In this document: positions 14,955 through 30,355 of the stretch, in pieces
How positions within the stretch are numbered: position 1 is the stretch's first letter
How the letters are laid out: every line of letters begins with the position of its first letter
Notes under the pieces: generated by a model
Told to the model about the DNA's origin: nothing
The model's database searches: none
Seen by the model: only the letters and a program-made list of their open reading frames with translations
Translations under genes and position numbers: made by a program
NCBI GenBank assembly: GCA_951406725.2
Contig: OX597817.1
Coordinates: 160,084,001 to 160,148,000, forward strand
Source of the DNA: Octopus vulgaris
Lineage: Eukaryota
Length of the DNA stretch: 64,000 bases
Direction of reading: 5' to 3'

Positions 14955-15790
14955 AAGGCGGTGAGCTGGCAGAATCGTTAGAATGCTGAATGAAATGCTT
15001 AATGGTATTCCACCCGTCAAAACGTTCTGAGTTCAAATTCCACCGAAGTTCACTTTGCCTTTTATCCTTTGACGGTCGCTAAATTAAGTACCAGTCAAGT
15101 ACTGGGGTCGATATGAAATTCCCCTCAAATTTCAGGCCTTGTGCATATAGTAGAAAGGATTTGGCAGAATCGTTAGCATGCTGGACGAAATGCTCAGCGT
15201 TACTCCGGCCGCGCAACTTTCTGAGTTCAAATTCCGCTTAAGCCGATTTTGCCTTTCATCCTTTCACGGTCGCTAAATTAAGTACCAGTCAAGTACTAGG
15301 GTCGATATAAAATTCCCCTCAAATTCCAGGCCTTGCGCATATAGTAGAAAGGATCTGGATGACTCGTTAGCATGCTGGACGAAATGCTCAGCGTTACTCC
15401 GGCTGCGCAACATTCTGAGTTCAAATTCCGCTTAAGCCGATTTTGCCTTTCATCCTTTCACGGTCGCTAAATTAAGAACCAGTCAAGTACTGGGGTCGAT
15501 GTGATCGACCGTTCTCTTCCTTCAAATCCCAGGCCTTGTGCATATAGTAGAAAGGATATTATGAAAAGGAGATAAGGCGATAAGCTGGCTGAATCGTTAG
15601 CATGCTGAACGAAATGCTTAATGGTATTCCACCCGTCAAAACGTTCTGAGTTCAAATTCCGCCTAGGTTCACTTTTCCTTTCGTCCTTTAGGGGTCGATA
15701 AATTAATACCAGTGAAACACTGGGGTCGATGTAATCGACTAGGCCTCTCCCACTAAATTTCAGGCCTTTTGTCTTTAAGTAGAAAGGATT
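14955..15790 (+). mobile_element. Tandem cluster of four SINE family C copies (Meta-domain-like core)
   Basis: Repeated GCAGAATCGTTAGC...GAGTTCAAATTCC...CCTTTCATCCTTT...AAGTACCAG...AGTAGAAAGGAT. Confidence 0.85.
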
Positions 15791-15831
15791 AAGAAGAGGA
15801 GATACTAACACACGCACATACATACACACAG

Positions 15832-16527
<696 letters not shown>

Positions 16528-16643
16528 CATATATACACACACATATATATATACATATATATATACACAAACACACATATATGTATGTATGCATGTATAT
16601 CTATACATATATGTATATAGATTGGCTTCTTTCAGTTTCCGTC

Positions 16644-16695
<52 letters not shown>

Positions 16696-17061
16696 CGTTT
16701 GTGTTTGACCCGCCGCCACCGCTCGGCAACCGATGCTGCTGTGTTTATGTCCCTGTAACTTAGCAGTTCGGCATAAGGGACCGAGAGAATACTAGGCTTA
16801 CAAGGAATAAGTCCTGGAGTCGGTTTCTTCGACTAAAATTTATTTTATAGTTATTATACAGCATATTATATTGACCTAGACCACAAATAATTCTTACTGT
16901 CCAGCGAGGAATAGACGGAATTACCCATCGGAAGAATTCACGGAGCGATTAGCAACTAATTGTAGTCACAGACATCGGATACTGATCGTTGTGGTTAGCC
17001 GTTAATTGGAACTTAATTGAGAATTGATACGGTATATACGCGGATAATATATCCCTCCAAA

Positions 17062-17119
<58 letters not shown>

Positions 17120-17124
<5 letters not shown>

Positions 17125-17407
17125 TATGTTACATTACTCGATAGTCAAGATAAAACTCTGAGTTTCAGATGCCGAAGTGGAAATCCACAACACCATCCCT
17201 TCGGTTATCTGGCTATTTGAAAACGCTTTCAAATAGCCAGATAACCGAAGAGATGGTGTTGTGGATTTCCACTTCGGCATCTGAAACTCAGAGTTTTATC
17301 TTGACTATCGAGTAATGTAACATATTATTGATTGTATAGATAAATTTCCTCTATTTACATAATATTGAGGTCTCTTTCTTTCTTTTGTTATCTTACCGTT
17401 TTACCAA
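17120..17407 (+). mobile_element. Fold-back Penelope-like module: ~103-bp near-perfect hairpin (4-nt loop) plus tail, in (TA)n
   Basis: 17120-17222 vs 17227-17329 with one mismatch; tail nearly identical to 61985-62055. Confidence 0.85.
17240..17300 (+). ncRNA. Variant hammerhead-like motif
   Basis: gauaa CCGAAGA gaug...cauc u GAAAC uc-a-ga GUU uuauc; non-canonical U4C core and imperfect stem II register. Confidence 0.45.
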
Positions 17408-17430
17408 TATATATATATATATGTATATAA

Positions 17431-18254
17431 TTTGAGGGAATATTATTCCTAACTTACAGGGAAAAATTCAACTTAGAAATACTAAATCAAATTTCACAAA
17501 ATATAATATATATATATAAAAATTAGAAAAAACCCTACCTTTTATCAATTCAAAATGAACAATTAAATTACACCATCTAGAAAATTATATATAATAGAAA
17601 TATCAAAATTAAAATAACAATAACATACCGATGATTAAGTAAATTGCAAAATAATAAACGAAAAGGTATATATTTGGTAGAATAACAAATATATACGTTT
17701 TATTTATTATTTTGCACATTACTTAATCATCGGTATTTTATTGCTATTTTATATTTAATATTTCTATTATTATTTTTTCTTTCGTTTACTTGTTTCAGTC
17801 ATTTGACTGTGGCCATGCTGGAGCACCGCCTTTAGTCGAGGAAATCGACCCCAGGACTTATTCTTTGTAGGCCTCGTACTTATTCTATCAGTCTCTGTTG
17901 CCGAACCGCTAAGTTACGGGGACGTAAACATACCAGCATCGGTTGTCAAGCGAGGTTGGGGGAGGGGGGAAAACATATACACACACACATACATATATAT
18001 ATATACATATATACGACGGGCTTCTTTCAGTTTCCGTCTACCAAATCCACTCACAAGGCTTTGGTCGGCGCGAGGCTATAGCAGAAGACACTTGCCCAAG
18101 GTGCCACGCAGTGGGACTGAACCCGGAACCATGTGGTTCGTAAGCAAGCTACTTACCACACATCCACTCCTACGCCTATTATATATAATTTTCTAGATGG
18201 TGTAATTTAATTGTTCATTTTGAATTAATAAAAGGTGGGGGTTTTTTCTAATTT
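17431..18254. mobile_element. Diverged fold-back element (arms ~17520-17677 and 17686-17770 + 18178-18254) interrupted by a SINE B
   Basis: AATTAAATTACACCATCTAGAAAATTATATATAATA is mirrored after the SINE. Confidence 0.7.
17775..18178 (-). mobile_element. SINE family B nested in the fold-back element
   Basis: Full-length family B match. Confidence 0.9.
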
Positions 18255-18296
<42 letters not shown>

Positions 18297-18612
18297 ATTC
18301 ACACACACGCGCACACAGTAATGTGCCAACATGCATGACAAGTTTTTCTTAAAAATAAGTTTAAAATTTAATTTGTAAAAGATTTCTGGCCAGCTCTCAC
18401 CACAATTCATTTTGAAGTACACAACCCTGCGTAAATTTTAGCATTTTATCTTTGCTTCTTGCAATTGGTATATTCTTTTATTTTTTCTGGATTAGATGGT
18501 TTTAAACATTTGAGATTACAATGTTGCAAAGGAAAATTCGCTTACAGTTAAAGTTTAGGGTTAGACCTTAAGGCTAGGATTTAGCCTTTAATATTAGGGT
18601 ATATTCTTTACA

Positions 18613-18985
18613 GTGGAGGCGCAATGGCCCAGTGGTTAGGGCAGCGGACTCGCGGTCATAAGATCGCGGTTTCGATTCCCAGACCGGGCGTTGTGAGTGT
18701 TTATTGGGCGAAAACACCTAAAGCTCCACGAGGCTCCTGCAGGGGGTGGTGGTGAACCCTGCTGTACTCTTTCACCACAACTTTCCCTCAATCTTACTTC
18801 CTGTTTCTGTTGTACCTGTATTTCAAAGGGCCGGCCTTGTCACTCTGAATATCCCCGAGAACTACGTTAAGGGTACACGTGTCTGTGGAGTGCTCAGCCA
18901 CTTACACGTTAATTTCACGAGCAGGCTGTTCCGTTGATTCGGATCAACCGGAACCCTCGTCGTCGTAACCGACGGAGTGCTTCCA
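18613..18985 (+). mobile_element. SINE family A (tRNA-Arg-like head) with TSD ATATTCTTTA
   Basis: A box TGGCCCAGTGG, B box GGTTTCGATTCC, TCG at the anticodon-like position, GGAGTGCTTCCA end; direct repeat on both flanks. Confidence 0.92.
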
Positions 18986-19334
18986 TATTCTTTATAGCTT
19001 GAGTTACATAAAAAAGAGAAAGGATCTAGAGAAAAGTGAATTAATAAATTCTTTATACACAATCCTAATGTACAATGCTTAGAATTCGAAAATGTTTGCG
19101 AACGAATTAAAAATTTCAAAAGGTACAGAGTGCGTTGCGTATTGCATTGCTCAGTCACATATTGTAGATTAATTACTAGGCTTTAAAAAATAGGTACTGG
19201 GGTCGATTTATTCGACTAAAATTCCTTCAGGATGTGCCCCAGCATCACTGGAGTGTGATGACTGAAATGAGTATAAGATAAAAAATACTGTTGGATCTTT
19301 TACGAGCATCGAATGGCTATGGAGGTCCAGTAGG

Positions 19335-19739
19335 TTGGGCAGAAACGCTAGCGCGCCGGGCGAAATGCTTAGCGGTATTTCGTTTGCCGTTACGTTTTGA
19401 GTTCAAATTTCACCGAGGTCGACTTTGCTTTCATCCTTTCGGGTCGATAAATTAAGTACCAGTTACGCACTGGGGTCGATGTAATCGACCTAATACCTAT
19501 GTCTGTCCTTGTTTCTCCCCTCTGTGTTTAGCCCCTTGTGGGTAATAAAGAAATAGGTATTTCGTTTGCCGTTACGTTTTGAGTTCAAATTTCGCCGAGG
19601 TCGACTTTGCTTTCATCCTTTCGGGTCGATAAATTAAGTACCAGTTACGCACTGGGATCGAAGTAATCGATTAATCGCATTGTCTGTCCTTGTTTGTCCC
19701 CTCTATGTTTTAGCCCTTTGAGGGCAATAAAGAAATAAG
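19335..19739 (+). mobile_element. SINE family C2: head plus two ~182-bp body modules
   Basis: Module starts at 19375 and 19557; junction AAAGAAATAG|GTATTTCG. Confidence 0.85.
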
Positions 19740-20498
19740 ATTGAAACAGTAAATCAAAGAGGTCCGTAAGCAAAAAATGTTTGAGAACCACTATCGCAGA
19801 GAAAAGAAGTGGAGGATAGAGCGACGTTCTGGATATGTCTGTTGAGATAAAAGTAAAGAAACTAGAAAGGGAAAAAAAGCAAGGCGTTGGGTGAATGGTA
19901 TAACATGCTGTAATAGTATACAGGAAGTGGTTGGAGTACAAAAGTTGTTTTTCAGCAGAGATGAGCAAGCAAGAGCATACGATAAGGGAAATAAGCGTGA
20001 CAAGCATAAAAAATACAATGATGTGAAATAAATTGTGTTATGTTTATTCCAATTTCTTTTATAGTAATCTCTTTTTTTTGCTATTTTGATAAAGGACAAC
20101 ACTCCAAAACATCGATTTATGTTGCTTCGCTTTTCTCTCATTGTATTTTTTCTAGTTTTTACATTTCTGTTTTTACTGTTTTTCTTTTGTGATGCCTTAC
20201 CTGGATATTACCACACTGGTACATATTTAATCTGTGATCATAACCGGCTGCATTGTTGTATATATGCATATATCTTTTTATGCATGTGTGTGTATATGTA
20301 TGCATACACACACACACACAACAGAGGGATCTATTAATGCATGCATAATTGTATGTGTATGTGTTTGTCTGTCTCCTTGTTTAATCTTTTTATCTGTTTC
20401 TATCCATCTGTTTTTGTAGCCATTCATCTATATCTCGATTTTTTTTATCTGTATCAGTTTTGTCTGTTCGATTTGTCTCTCACTGTCTCACACACACG

Positions 20499-20573
<75 letters not shown>

Positions 20574-20702
20574 GCGCGGATATAATCGACTGTATCTAGA
20601 AGACAGACTGAGCTCTACCACAGCTGCAATAAATTTACACCAGTGAAAGTAAAGCACATGTACGTATATTTAACACACACGTGCGAACATGTTTATCTGC
20701 CT

Positions 20703-20805
20703 CAGCGAGGTACAACCTGCGGTCCGCGAAGGCATTTTGTGCGATCCGCGAAACCATTTTGTGCGGTCCGCGAAACCATTTTGTGCGATCCGCGAAACCA
20801 TTTTG
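20703..20805 (+). repeat. 22-bp tandem repeat (GCGRTCCGCGAAACCATTTTGT) x4, possibly an hAT/MITE subterminal array
   Basis: Direct inspection; preceded by TIR-like CAGCGAGGTACAACCTGCGG. Confidence 0.6.
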
Positions 20806-20905
20806 CAAAGACTCTGTTATTTTAATAAGTAACCGAAAATTAACATAGCAAATTGCATGTACCACAATCATACACTGAAAACACACATAATAGTATCTAT
20901 TTATT

Positions 20906-21206
20906 GAGGTACATGGCCTAGTGGTTAGAGCAGCGGACTCGCGGTCGAGGGATCGCGGGTTCGCATCTCGAACTGGGCGATTTGTGTGTTTATGAGCGCA
21001 ACACCTAAGCTCCACGCGGCTCCGACAGAAGATAATGGTGAACTTCTGCTAATTTTTTCGCCACAATTTCTCTCACTCTTCCCTCCTCCTGCATCAAACA
21101 GCTCACCTGCGACGGACCGGCGTCCCGTCCAGGTGGGGAACATATACGTCAATGAAACCAGGAAACCGGCCCTTATGAGTCAGTCATGGCTCGAGAAGGA
21201 ACAAAC
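20906..21206 (+). mobile_element. SINE with family A head and a different 3' tail
   Basis: Family A head to ~21080, then CCTGCGACGGACCGGCGTCCCGTCCAGG...GAAACCGGCCC tail. Confidence 0.75.
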
Positions 21207-21807
21207 ATCAAAATCAGGGGATGAGTTGGTAGAATCGTTAGCATTCCGGGCAAAATGCTTTACATTCTGAGTTCAAATTCCGCCGGGGTCGACTCTGTCT
21301 TTCATCCTTTCGGGATCGATAAAATAAGTACCAGTTGAGTACTGGGGTCGATGTAATCGACTATACCCATCCCCCAAATTTCAGGATTTGTGCCTGGAGT
21401 AGAAAAGATTATTATATTTCCTTATATTAGTTTCCTTTGTGTCTTCATTAACTTTTCCTATACAGGAGTGGCTGTGTGGTAAGTAGCTTGCTTACCAGCC
21501 TCATGGTTCTGGGTTCAGTCCCACTGCGTGGAACCTTGGGCAAGTGTCTTCTGTTGTAGCCTCGGGCCGACCAAAGACTTGTGAGTGGATTTGGTAGGCG
21601 ATGTACAGGTATTATATATTAGAAGAAATGAGATGCTCAGAAATTTGGATCGTTTTATATTTACAAATAATTATTAGTATGTTACATGTTTTTGTATATC
21701 GATGGACAAGGCATCCATCCAGTTGAAAAATTAGAAACCGATATTATTTTGAGATTTATGATTTGAGATTTATACAAAATGAGATTACCATCACCACCAT
21801 CACCACA

Positions 21808-22020
21808 TAGGGCATCTTAGCCGGACGTTCGGTTCATCCCACATCACCAGTTCTGCTTACCAAAAGTGGCCCACTTGGCACCATGCAGTCGTCGCATCGC
21901 AATGGCCGCCTCCGATCAGGAGAGGAGCGGCCCGTTTCGAGTTCAAGAGTAGATCGAGGCCGTCAACGTTCCCGGGGCCTCCAGTCGTTCGCTTTACCGG
22001 ACGGAATTGCGTGTCGTTCT
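21808..22020 (-). pseudogene. 28S rRNA fragment, inverted partial copy
   Basis: Reverse complement of 22429-22641. Confidence 0.85.
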
Positions 22021-22231
22021 AGTGGGGTTGTCAAATTGAACTTTTGTAGGAATTTTGTCTCTTTTTATAGTATTATTGAGTGTGTCAGGGTGGAGAGAGA
22101 TATAAGTTGACGGTCAAAGGATAACTGGCGAAGCACTTTGAAACTTGTGCAACTTCTGCCAGACAATAAAAAAGAATGTAAAATGATTATGAGGGTGGTG
22201 CTGGTGGTGGTGGTGATGATGATGATGGTGG

Positions 22232-22275
<44 letters not shown>

Positions 22276-22641
22276 GTAGGACGAAGCCAGAGGAAACTGG
22301 TGGAAGTTCGAAGCGCCTCTGACGTGCAAATCGATCGTCGGAACCGGGTGTAGGGGCGAAAGACCAATCGAGCCGTCTAGTAGCTGCTTCCCTCCGAAGT
22401 TTACCTCAGGATTACCGGCGCCAGCGGGAGAACGACACGCAATTCCGTCCGGTAAAGCGAACGACTGGAGGCCCCGGGGACGTTGACGGCCTCGATCTAC
22501 TCTTGAACTCGAAACGGGCCGCTCCTCTCCTGATCGGAGGCAGCCATTGCGATGCGACGACTGCATGGTGCCAAGTGGGCCACTTTTGGTAAGCAGAACT
22601 GGTGATGTGGGATGAACCGAACGTCCGGCTAAGGTGCCCTA
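22276..22641 (+). pseudogene. 28S (LSU) rRNA domain II fragment
   Basis: Conserved LSU blocks GAAGCCAGAGGAAACT, CTGACGTGCAAATCG, TAGGGGCGAAAGAC, CCCTCCGAAGTTT, AGTGGGCCACTTTTGGTAAGCAGAACTGG, GGGATGAACCGAACG. Confidence 0.9.
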
Positions 22642-22949
22642 TGTGGTGGTGGTGGTGGTGGTGATGGTAATCTCATTTTGTATATCGATGGAGTTGAAAA
22701 AAAAGCAAAGGCAACTGTTTTTAAAAAATAGAGCATCTCATTCCTGTCAGAGTAGAAAAAATGATAGCAAACCACTTCACACTCCTCTCCTCCTCCTTCA
22801 CTTTCTCCTCTTCCCTCTCCCTCCTTTCCCTCCTCCACCTCCTCCTGTGGCTATTAAAATAAATGAATGCATAAATAAAATTTTAAAAAAATAACAAGAA
22901 CAAAATAGAAAATACAAGAAGTTAAAAATCATAAATCTCAAAATAATAT

Positions 22950-23131
22950 CGGTTTCTAAATTTGGCACAAAGCCAGCAATTTGGGGAGAGGGGACAAGTC
23001 GATTACATCGACCCCAGTGCTCAACTGTTACTTATGTCATCGATTCCGAAAGGATGAAAGGCAAAGTCGGCCTCGGCAGAATTTGAACTCAGAACGCAAA
23101 GACGGTAACGATTCTGCCAGCTCGCCGCCTT
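22950..23131 (-). mobile_element. SINE family C, internally deleted
   Basis: Family C head and core in reverse orientation. Confidence 0.75.
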
Positions 23132-23529
23132 AATTATCAAAACTAATATTGAATGGAATCCTTGTTTAATATCACTTTAAGCTGTTTTAACCTCACCAGT
23201 TCAAGTCATTGAAACACGAGCGTAATTAGGTGTTGTCACTGCTTAGAGCTATGAGCTGCTACCACCAGATGGTGCCTGTTTTCAAGAAAGGTAGGGCAAC
23301 ATGTTGGATGTACAAAGGACAATTATCGTAGGCGAGACATTGCCCCACCCTTAACGCAGATAAGGTATTTGGCATAAACAATGATGTTTCACCATAGATC
23401 GTTCATAAGACAATGGAGGGCGGGGAAATAATGGTAGTTTAGAAAGGAATATCAGTAAAAAGATGTATATATGTATTATGTATGCATGCATGAATGAATA
23501 CATGTACGTATGTATATACGAATGCATGC

Positions 23530-23622
<93 letters not shown>

Positions 23623-23834
23623 TATATATTCTTCTTTATTATATAATAAATAATAAGATTATATATAATATATATATATATACATACATGCATATATGGG
23701 TACAGGACGTCACTAACGGTGCAAATAACATGAAATACATAAACAACGCGATAAAAATGGAAAACAGACAAACACAGAGAAAGGACCCTTCATCAGTTGT
23801 CGGTTGTCTATCTACTATCTACTCATTTCGAGCA

Positions 23835-24376
<542 letters not shown>

Positions 24377-24385
24377 GATAGATAT

Positions 24386-24434
24386 GTTTCTTTATTAGCC
24401 ACACAGGGCTGCACACAGATAGAACAAATTACAA
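24386..24434 (-). mobile_element. Short 3'-end copy of the GATA-associated retroelement
   Basis: Exact reverse complement of 25100-25148. Confidence 0.75.
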
Positions 24435-24435
24435 T

Positions 24436-24498
<63 letters not shown>

Positions 24499-24658
24499 GA
24501 TAGATAGATAAGTATAGATAAAGGTGCAGGTGTGGCTGTGTGGTAAGAAGCTTGCTTCCCAACCACATGGCTCAGTGTTCAGTCCCAAGTGTCTTCTACT
24601 ATAGCCTCGACCCCACCAAAGTCTTGTGAGTGGATTTGGTAGACGGAAAGGGAAAAAG

Positions 24659-24727
<69 letters not shown>

Positions 24728-24728
24728 C

Positions 24729-24765
<37 letters not shown>

Positions 24766-24767
<2 letters not shown>

Positions 24768-24923
24768 GCAAAAAAAAAAAAAAAAAAAAAGAAATATAAA
24801 ATGTGACTTCATTGACCGAGGTTACCGTGGTCTTTTCCGTAGGCTTTTCTTTCCACGGGTAAACCTCACCTGTCCTCCCCTTTACACTTCATATTGACAT
24901 TTCTGTGATAACGATCCCTATTG

Positions 24924-24954
<31 letters not shown>

Positions 24955-25040
24955 CTTTTCTTCCTCTCCCCCTTTTTTTAACCCCCTTTTTTTTGTCCTC
25001 CTTCTCTCCTTTTACGATCCCTTTTGATCGAAACTCCCCC

Positions 25041-25078
<38 letters not shown>

Positions 25079-25148
25079 ATTCAAAAGAAAAGCTCTACCT
25101 TGTAATTTGTTCTATCTGTGTGCAGCCCTGTGTGGCTAATAAAGAAAC
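24766..25148 (+). mobile_element. LINE-like (Tx1/L1-type) 3' UTR fragment within (TATC)n
   Basis: Pyrimidine-rich body ending GCCCTGTGTGGCTAATAAAGAAAC, (TATC)n on both sides; clade assignment is inference. Confidence 0.55.
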
Positions 25149-25159
25149 ATATCTATCTA

Positions 25160-25225
<66 letters not shown>

Positions 25226-25238
25226 CATCCATCCATCC

Positions 25239-25304
<66 letters not shown>

Positions 25305-25440
25305 TTGTATAATAGAAATAGGTTTCGAAGAGAAAAATAAACTACACTTGGGAGATATATGAGGAAAGTAAGATGAAAAAAGCGAAAATGCACATTGTAT
25401 ATTTAAAAAATGTATGTGTCCGCGTGCGCGCACAGGCACG

Positions 25441-25521
<81 letters not shown>

Positions 25522-25559
25522 GAGTGTGTATCTGTGTGTCTGCGTACAGGCACATATAT

Positions 25560-26030
25560 ATTCATGCATGATGTTCAAAAAGAAATTGCACTGAACTTTT
25601 TTAAAAGGAACTTTCTGCTCTGCTCGTCTCATTCGAAGTAATGACCTACACTGGTGATGGGCTGCCCTCAATGTTTCTTCTTTTCCAGTTTTGCAACATA
25701 TCTTGGAATGCATTTTTTAATGGTCGTGTTCCGTTCTCGGAGCAGATTTTTTTCGATCTTGTCTATCATCTGAAATCAGCGACCATTCAGAATAGGTTTT
25801 CTACTTCGGAACTAGAAAGTAGTGCACAAGGGCCGATTCTGGATAGTAAGATGGTTAGGGAACACGAATTATCACCAGTTATTTGAAGTTTTGTCAAAAA
25901 CGTCACGTATAGTAGATGACGCGTGAGCAAGTGTATTGCGATGGTAAAAGTATTTGTCATTTTGAAATTGAATTTCACACAAAACAGGTTGCTCTTCCTA
26001 TTTCTTCATGGTTCAACTTGACGCACAGTA
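25560..26030 (-). mobile_element. Highly degenerate mariner transposase C-terminal half
   Basis: Remnants YHRNTLAHASSTIRD/FLTK (HHDNAPAH-like) and LKNAFQDMLQNWKRR...HYFE*D. Confidence 0.6.
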
Positions 26031-26124
26031 AACATACAATCACTCTAATACAACCAGATTGATGACTGATCTCTGTGATGCTTTGTTGCATATGAGAGTG
26101 ATGGCCAAGATTATCGTTTTTATT

Positions 26125-26530
26125 TTTCATTTGTTTAAATCTTTGAACTTCGACCCAAGCTGGTGCACAGCCTCAAAGAGTTTTAATCGAACAAATCAAC
26201 GTCAGTACGTATGCTTTTAAAGTTTGGCACTTAATCTATCAGAATATTTAGCCGAATCGTTAAGTTACAGGGACGTAAACAAACCGACACCGGTTGTCAA
26301 GCAGATGGGAGAGAACAAGCGCAAGCACAAAGACACACACACACACACACACATACAATCACACATGTGTACAACGGGCTTCCACATCCTTTCCGCCTAC
26401 CAAATCCACTCACAGGACATTGGTCAACTTGGTGTTACAGTAGAAGGCACTTGCCCAATGTGCCACGCAGTGGAACTGAACTGTAAACGACGTGGCTACA
26501 AAACCAGCGTCTTAACTATACGGCCATGCT
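26125..26530 (-). mobile_element. SINE family B, old diverged copy
   Basis: Family B motifs (CAAATCCACTCAC, CACTTGCCC, TGCCACGCAGTGG). Confidence 0.75.
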
Positions 26531-27081
26531 TGATATGGGTTTATTTTAAAAAAAAATTCCGTATGCTTGTGTGTGCGCGCGTGGGGTGTGTGTAGGTATA
26601 TGTAGTGCACCCAGTGTAAACTGAATGCACAGAGAGATCACAGGCAGGTCAACAGAAAAGTCAGACTGTGTATTTGTAAATGCAGATGCATAATAATAAG
26701 AAAAACAGGATTATTGCCTGGAAACAAGGAGAAAATCATGGACACGTGTTTCTGATTCAAAAGCCATCATCAGCGCGACAGTTGTTTTAACTTAGATTTA
26801 GAGAAAACACAGTTGAAAGCAGTTATGGCCTGGGTAATTTGCATAATTAAAAAAAAATGAGCCAAGAGAAATAACTCGAAGCGGCCAGTGGCATTAATTT
26901 GAATAACATAGACAAATTCAGGTATATCAAATACCATACCAAAAAAAAAAAAATCTTCATTTATTAACATTATCTCCGCCTCTAGAGAATGTGTCATAAT
27001 CCACCAAATGGCTATTAAGATCAGTTCCACATCATATATAAAAATTTATATATGTGTGCGTGTATGTATGTACGTATCTAC

Positions 27082-27202
<121 letters not shown>

Positions 27203-27361
27203 TATACATGCGTGTTGCTCCTACACTTGTCCACTTGTCTTCGTCTTTTGTTTTCTGTAAATTTGAACTCCACACACACACACATATACAGATAGATAGA
27301 TAGATAGATAGATTGATAGATAGACAGAAAGCTAGATAGAAAGATAGATAGATAGACAGAT

Positions 27362-27437
<76 letters not shown>

Positions 27438-27513
27438 TGATAGATAGATAGACAGACAGACAGCTAGATAGATAGCTAAATAGATAGATAGACAGATAGA
27501 CAGACAGACAGAC

Positions 27514-27546
<33 letters not shown>

Positions 27547-27885
27547 CATACATACATACATACATACATACATACATACATACATACTTACATACAATGC
27601 TTTAGATCTCCTGCTGCAAATTTCGCATGAACAACAAACAGCGGCATTTACAACATAAAAGAGTGTTGCAGCACTTTATTGTGGCACCACAGTATCGAGT
27701 GAAATTAATGAGATGCTTGCATGTCTCAATGGATATTCACTGCACCGTCGTTTGTCTAATGGTCGTTTGACAAATGGAATCAGATCTTCTTTAAATGTCT
27801 GTAGATCAGCCGAGTGGATTTCGCGAAGACATTTTGTTTCTTGAAAATGTTCAATTAATTGAGTGAAACCTCTTTGAACTGAATG

Positions 27886-27929
27886 GATTATCATCATCAC
27901 CATCATCACCATCATCATCATCGTCGTCG

Positions 27930-27973
<44 letters not shown>

Positions 27974-27982
27974 GTCATCAAT

Positions 27983-28030
<48 letters not shown>

Positions 28031-28073
28031 GTCATCAATATCATCATCATCATCATCATCGTCGTCATCAATG

Positions 28074-28111
<38 letters not shown>

Positions 28112-28328
28112 GTCGTCGTCGTCGTCGTCGTCGTCGTCATCATCATCTTCATCATCATCATCATCATCGTCATCATCATCAACAACAACACTAAAGCCGT
28201 GCTTGTTCTTGCAAGGATGCCCTGTCTCTCTCTCTCTCTCTCTGTCCTTTGTTCACTAATCACAACTATCATATTACAAGTGAGCAACGTTCCACTTCGT
28301 ATGTAATTCAGTATTAATCAACCTGTGA

Positions 28329-28399
<71 letters not shown>

Positions 28400-28443
28400 T
28401 AATAATGATGATAATAATAATAATGATGATGATGATGATGATG

Positions 28444-28475
<32 letters not shown>

Positions 28476-28482
28476 GATAATA

Positions 28483-28526
<44 letters not shown>

Positions 28527-28539
28527 AATAATAATAATA

Positions 28540-28604
<65 letters not shown>

Positions 28605-28712
28605 AATAATCATAATAATAATAATAATAATGATGATGATGATGATGATAATGATAATAATAATAATAACAACAGCAACAACTACGATAACAGCAGCAAC
28701 AACAATTATAAT
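27886..28712. repeat. (CAT/CGT)n and (AAT/GAT)n trinucleotide arrays
   Basis: Direct inspection. Confidence 0.95.
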
Positions 28713-28938
28713 AATGGTTTCAAATTCTGGCACTGGGCCAGCAGTTTTAGAGGAGAGAAGGAAGTCGAGTACATCGACCCCAGTGCTTGACTGCTGTTTA
28801 TTTTATCGACCTCGGAAGGATGAGGGACAAGGTCAATCTCGGCGGATTCTGGAATGAGAACGTAAAGCCGGATGAAATGCCAATAAGCATTTTGTCCGGC
28901 GCGCTAACGGATCTGCCACCTCAACGTCTTTATTATAA

Positions 28939-29319
28939 GTGGAGGCGCAATGGCCCAGTGGTTAGGGCAGCGGACTCGCGGGCGTAGGATCGTGGTTTCG
29001 ATTCCCAGACCGGGCATTGTGAGTGTTTACTGAGCGAAAACACCTAAAGCTCCACGAGGCTCCAGCAGGGATGGTGGTGAGCCCTGCTGTACTCTTTCAC
29101 CACAACTTTCTCTCAATCTTTCTTCCTGTTTCTGTTGTACCTGTATTTCAAAGGGCCGGCCTTATCACTCTCTGTGTCACGCAGAATCTCCTCGAGAACT
29201 TCGTTAAGGGTGCACGTGTCTGTGGAGTGCTCAGCCACTTACGCGTTAATTCCACGAGCAAGCTGCTCCGTTGATCGTATCAGCTAGGACCCTCATCGTT
29301 GTAACCGACGGAGTCCTCC
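28939..29319 (+). mobile_element. SINE family A
   Basis: Full-length family A match. Confidence 0.9.
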
Positions 29320-29356
29320 TATCTTTATGATAATCATGATGATGATGATAATATTA

Positions 29357-30355
<999 letters not shown>

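Noticed and set aside
18613-18690. tRNA-Arg-like sequence, also present in other family A heads
   Set aside because: No proper acceptor stem; continues into SINE body with TSDs, so not a tRNA gene
22276-22641. Functional rRNA gene
   Set aside because: Only a short internal LSU piece flanked by microsatellites; no rest of the rDNA unit
27676-27885. Possible minus-strand terminal exon (VQRGFTQLIEHFQETK...)
   Set aside because: No recognisable homology, acceptor lies at a microsatellite edge, and phase does not match the other candidate exons
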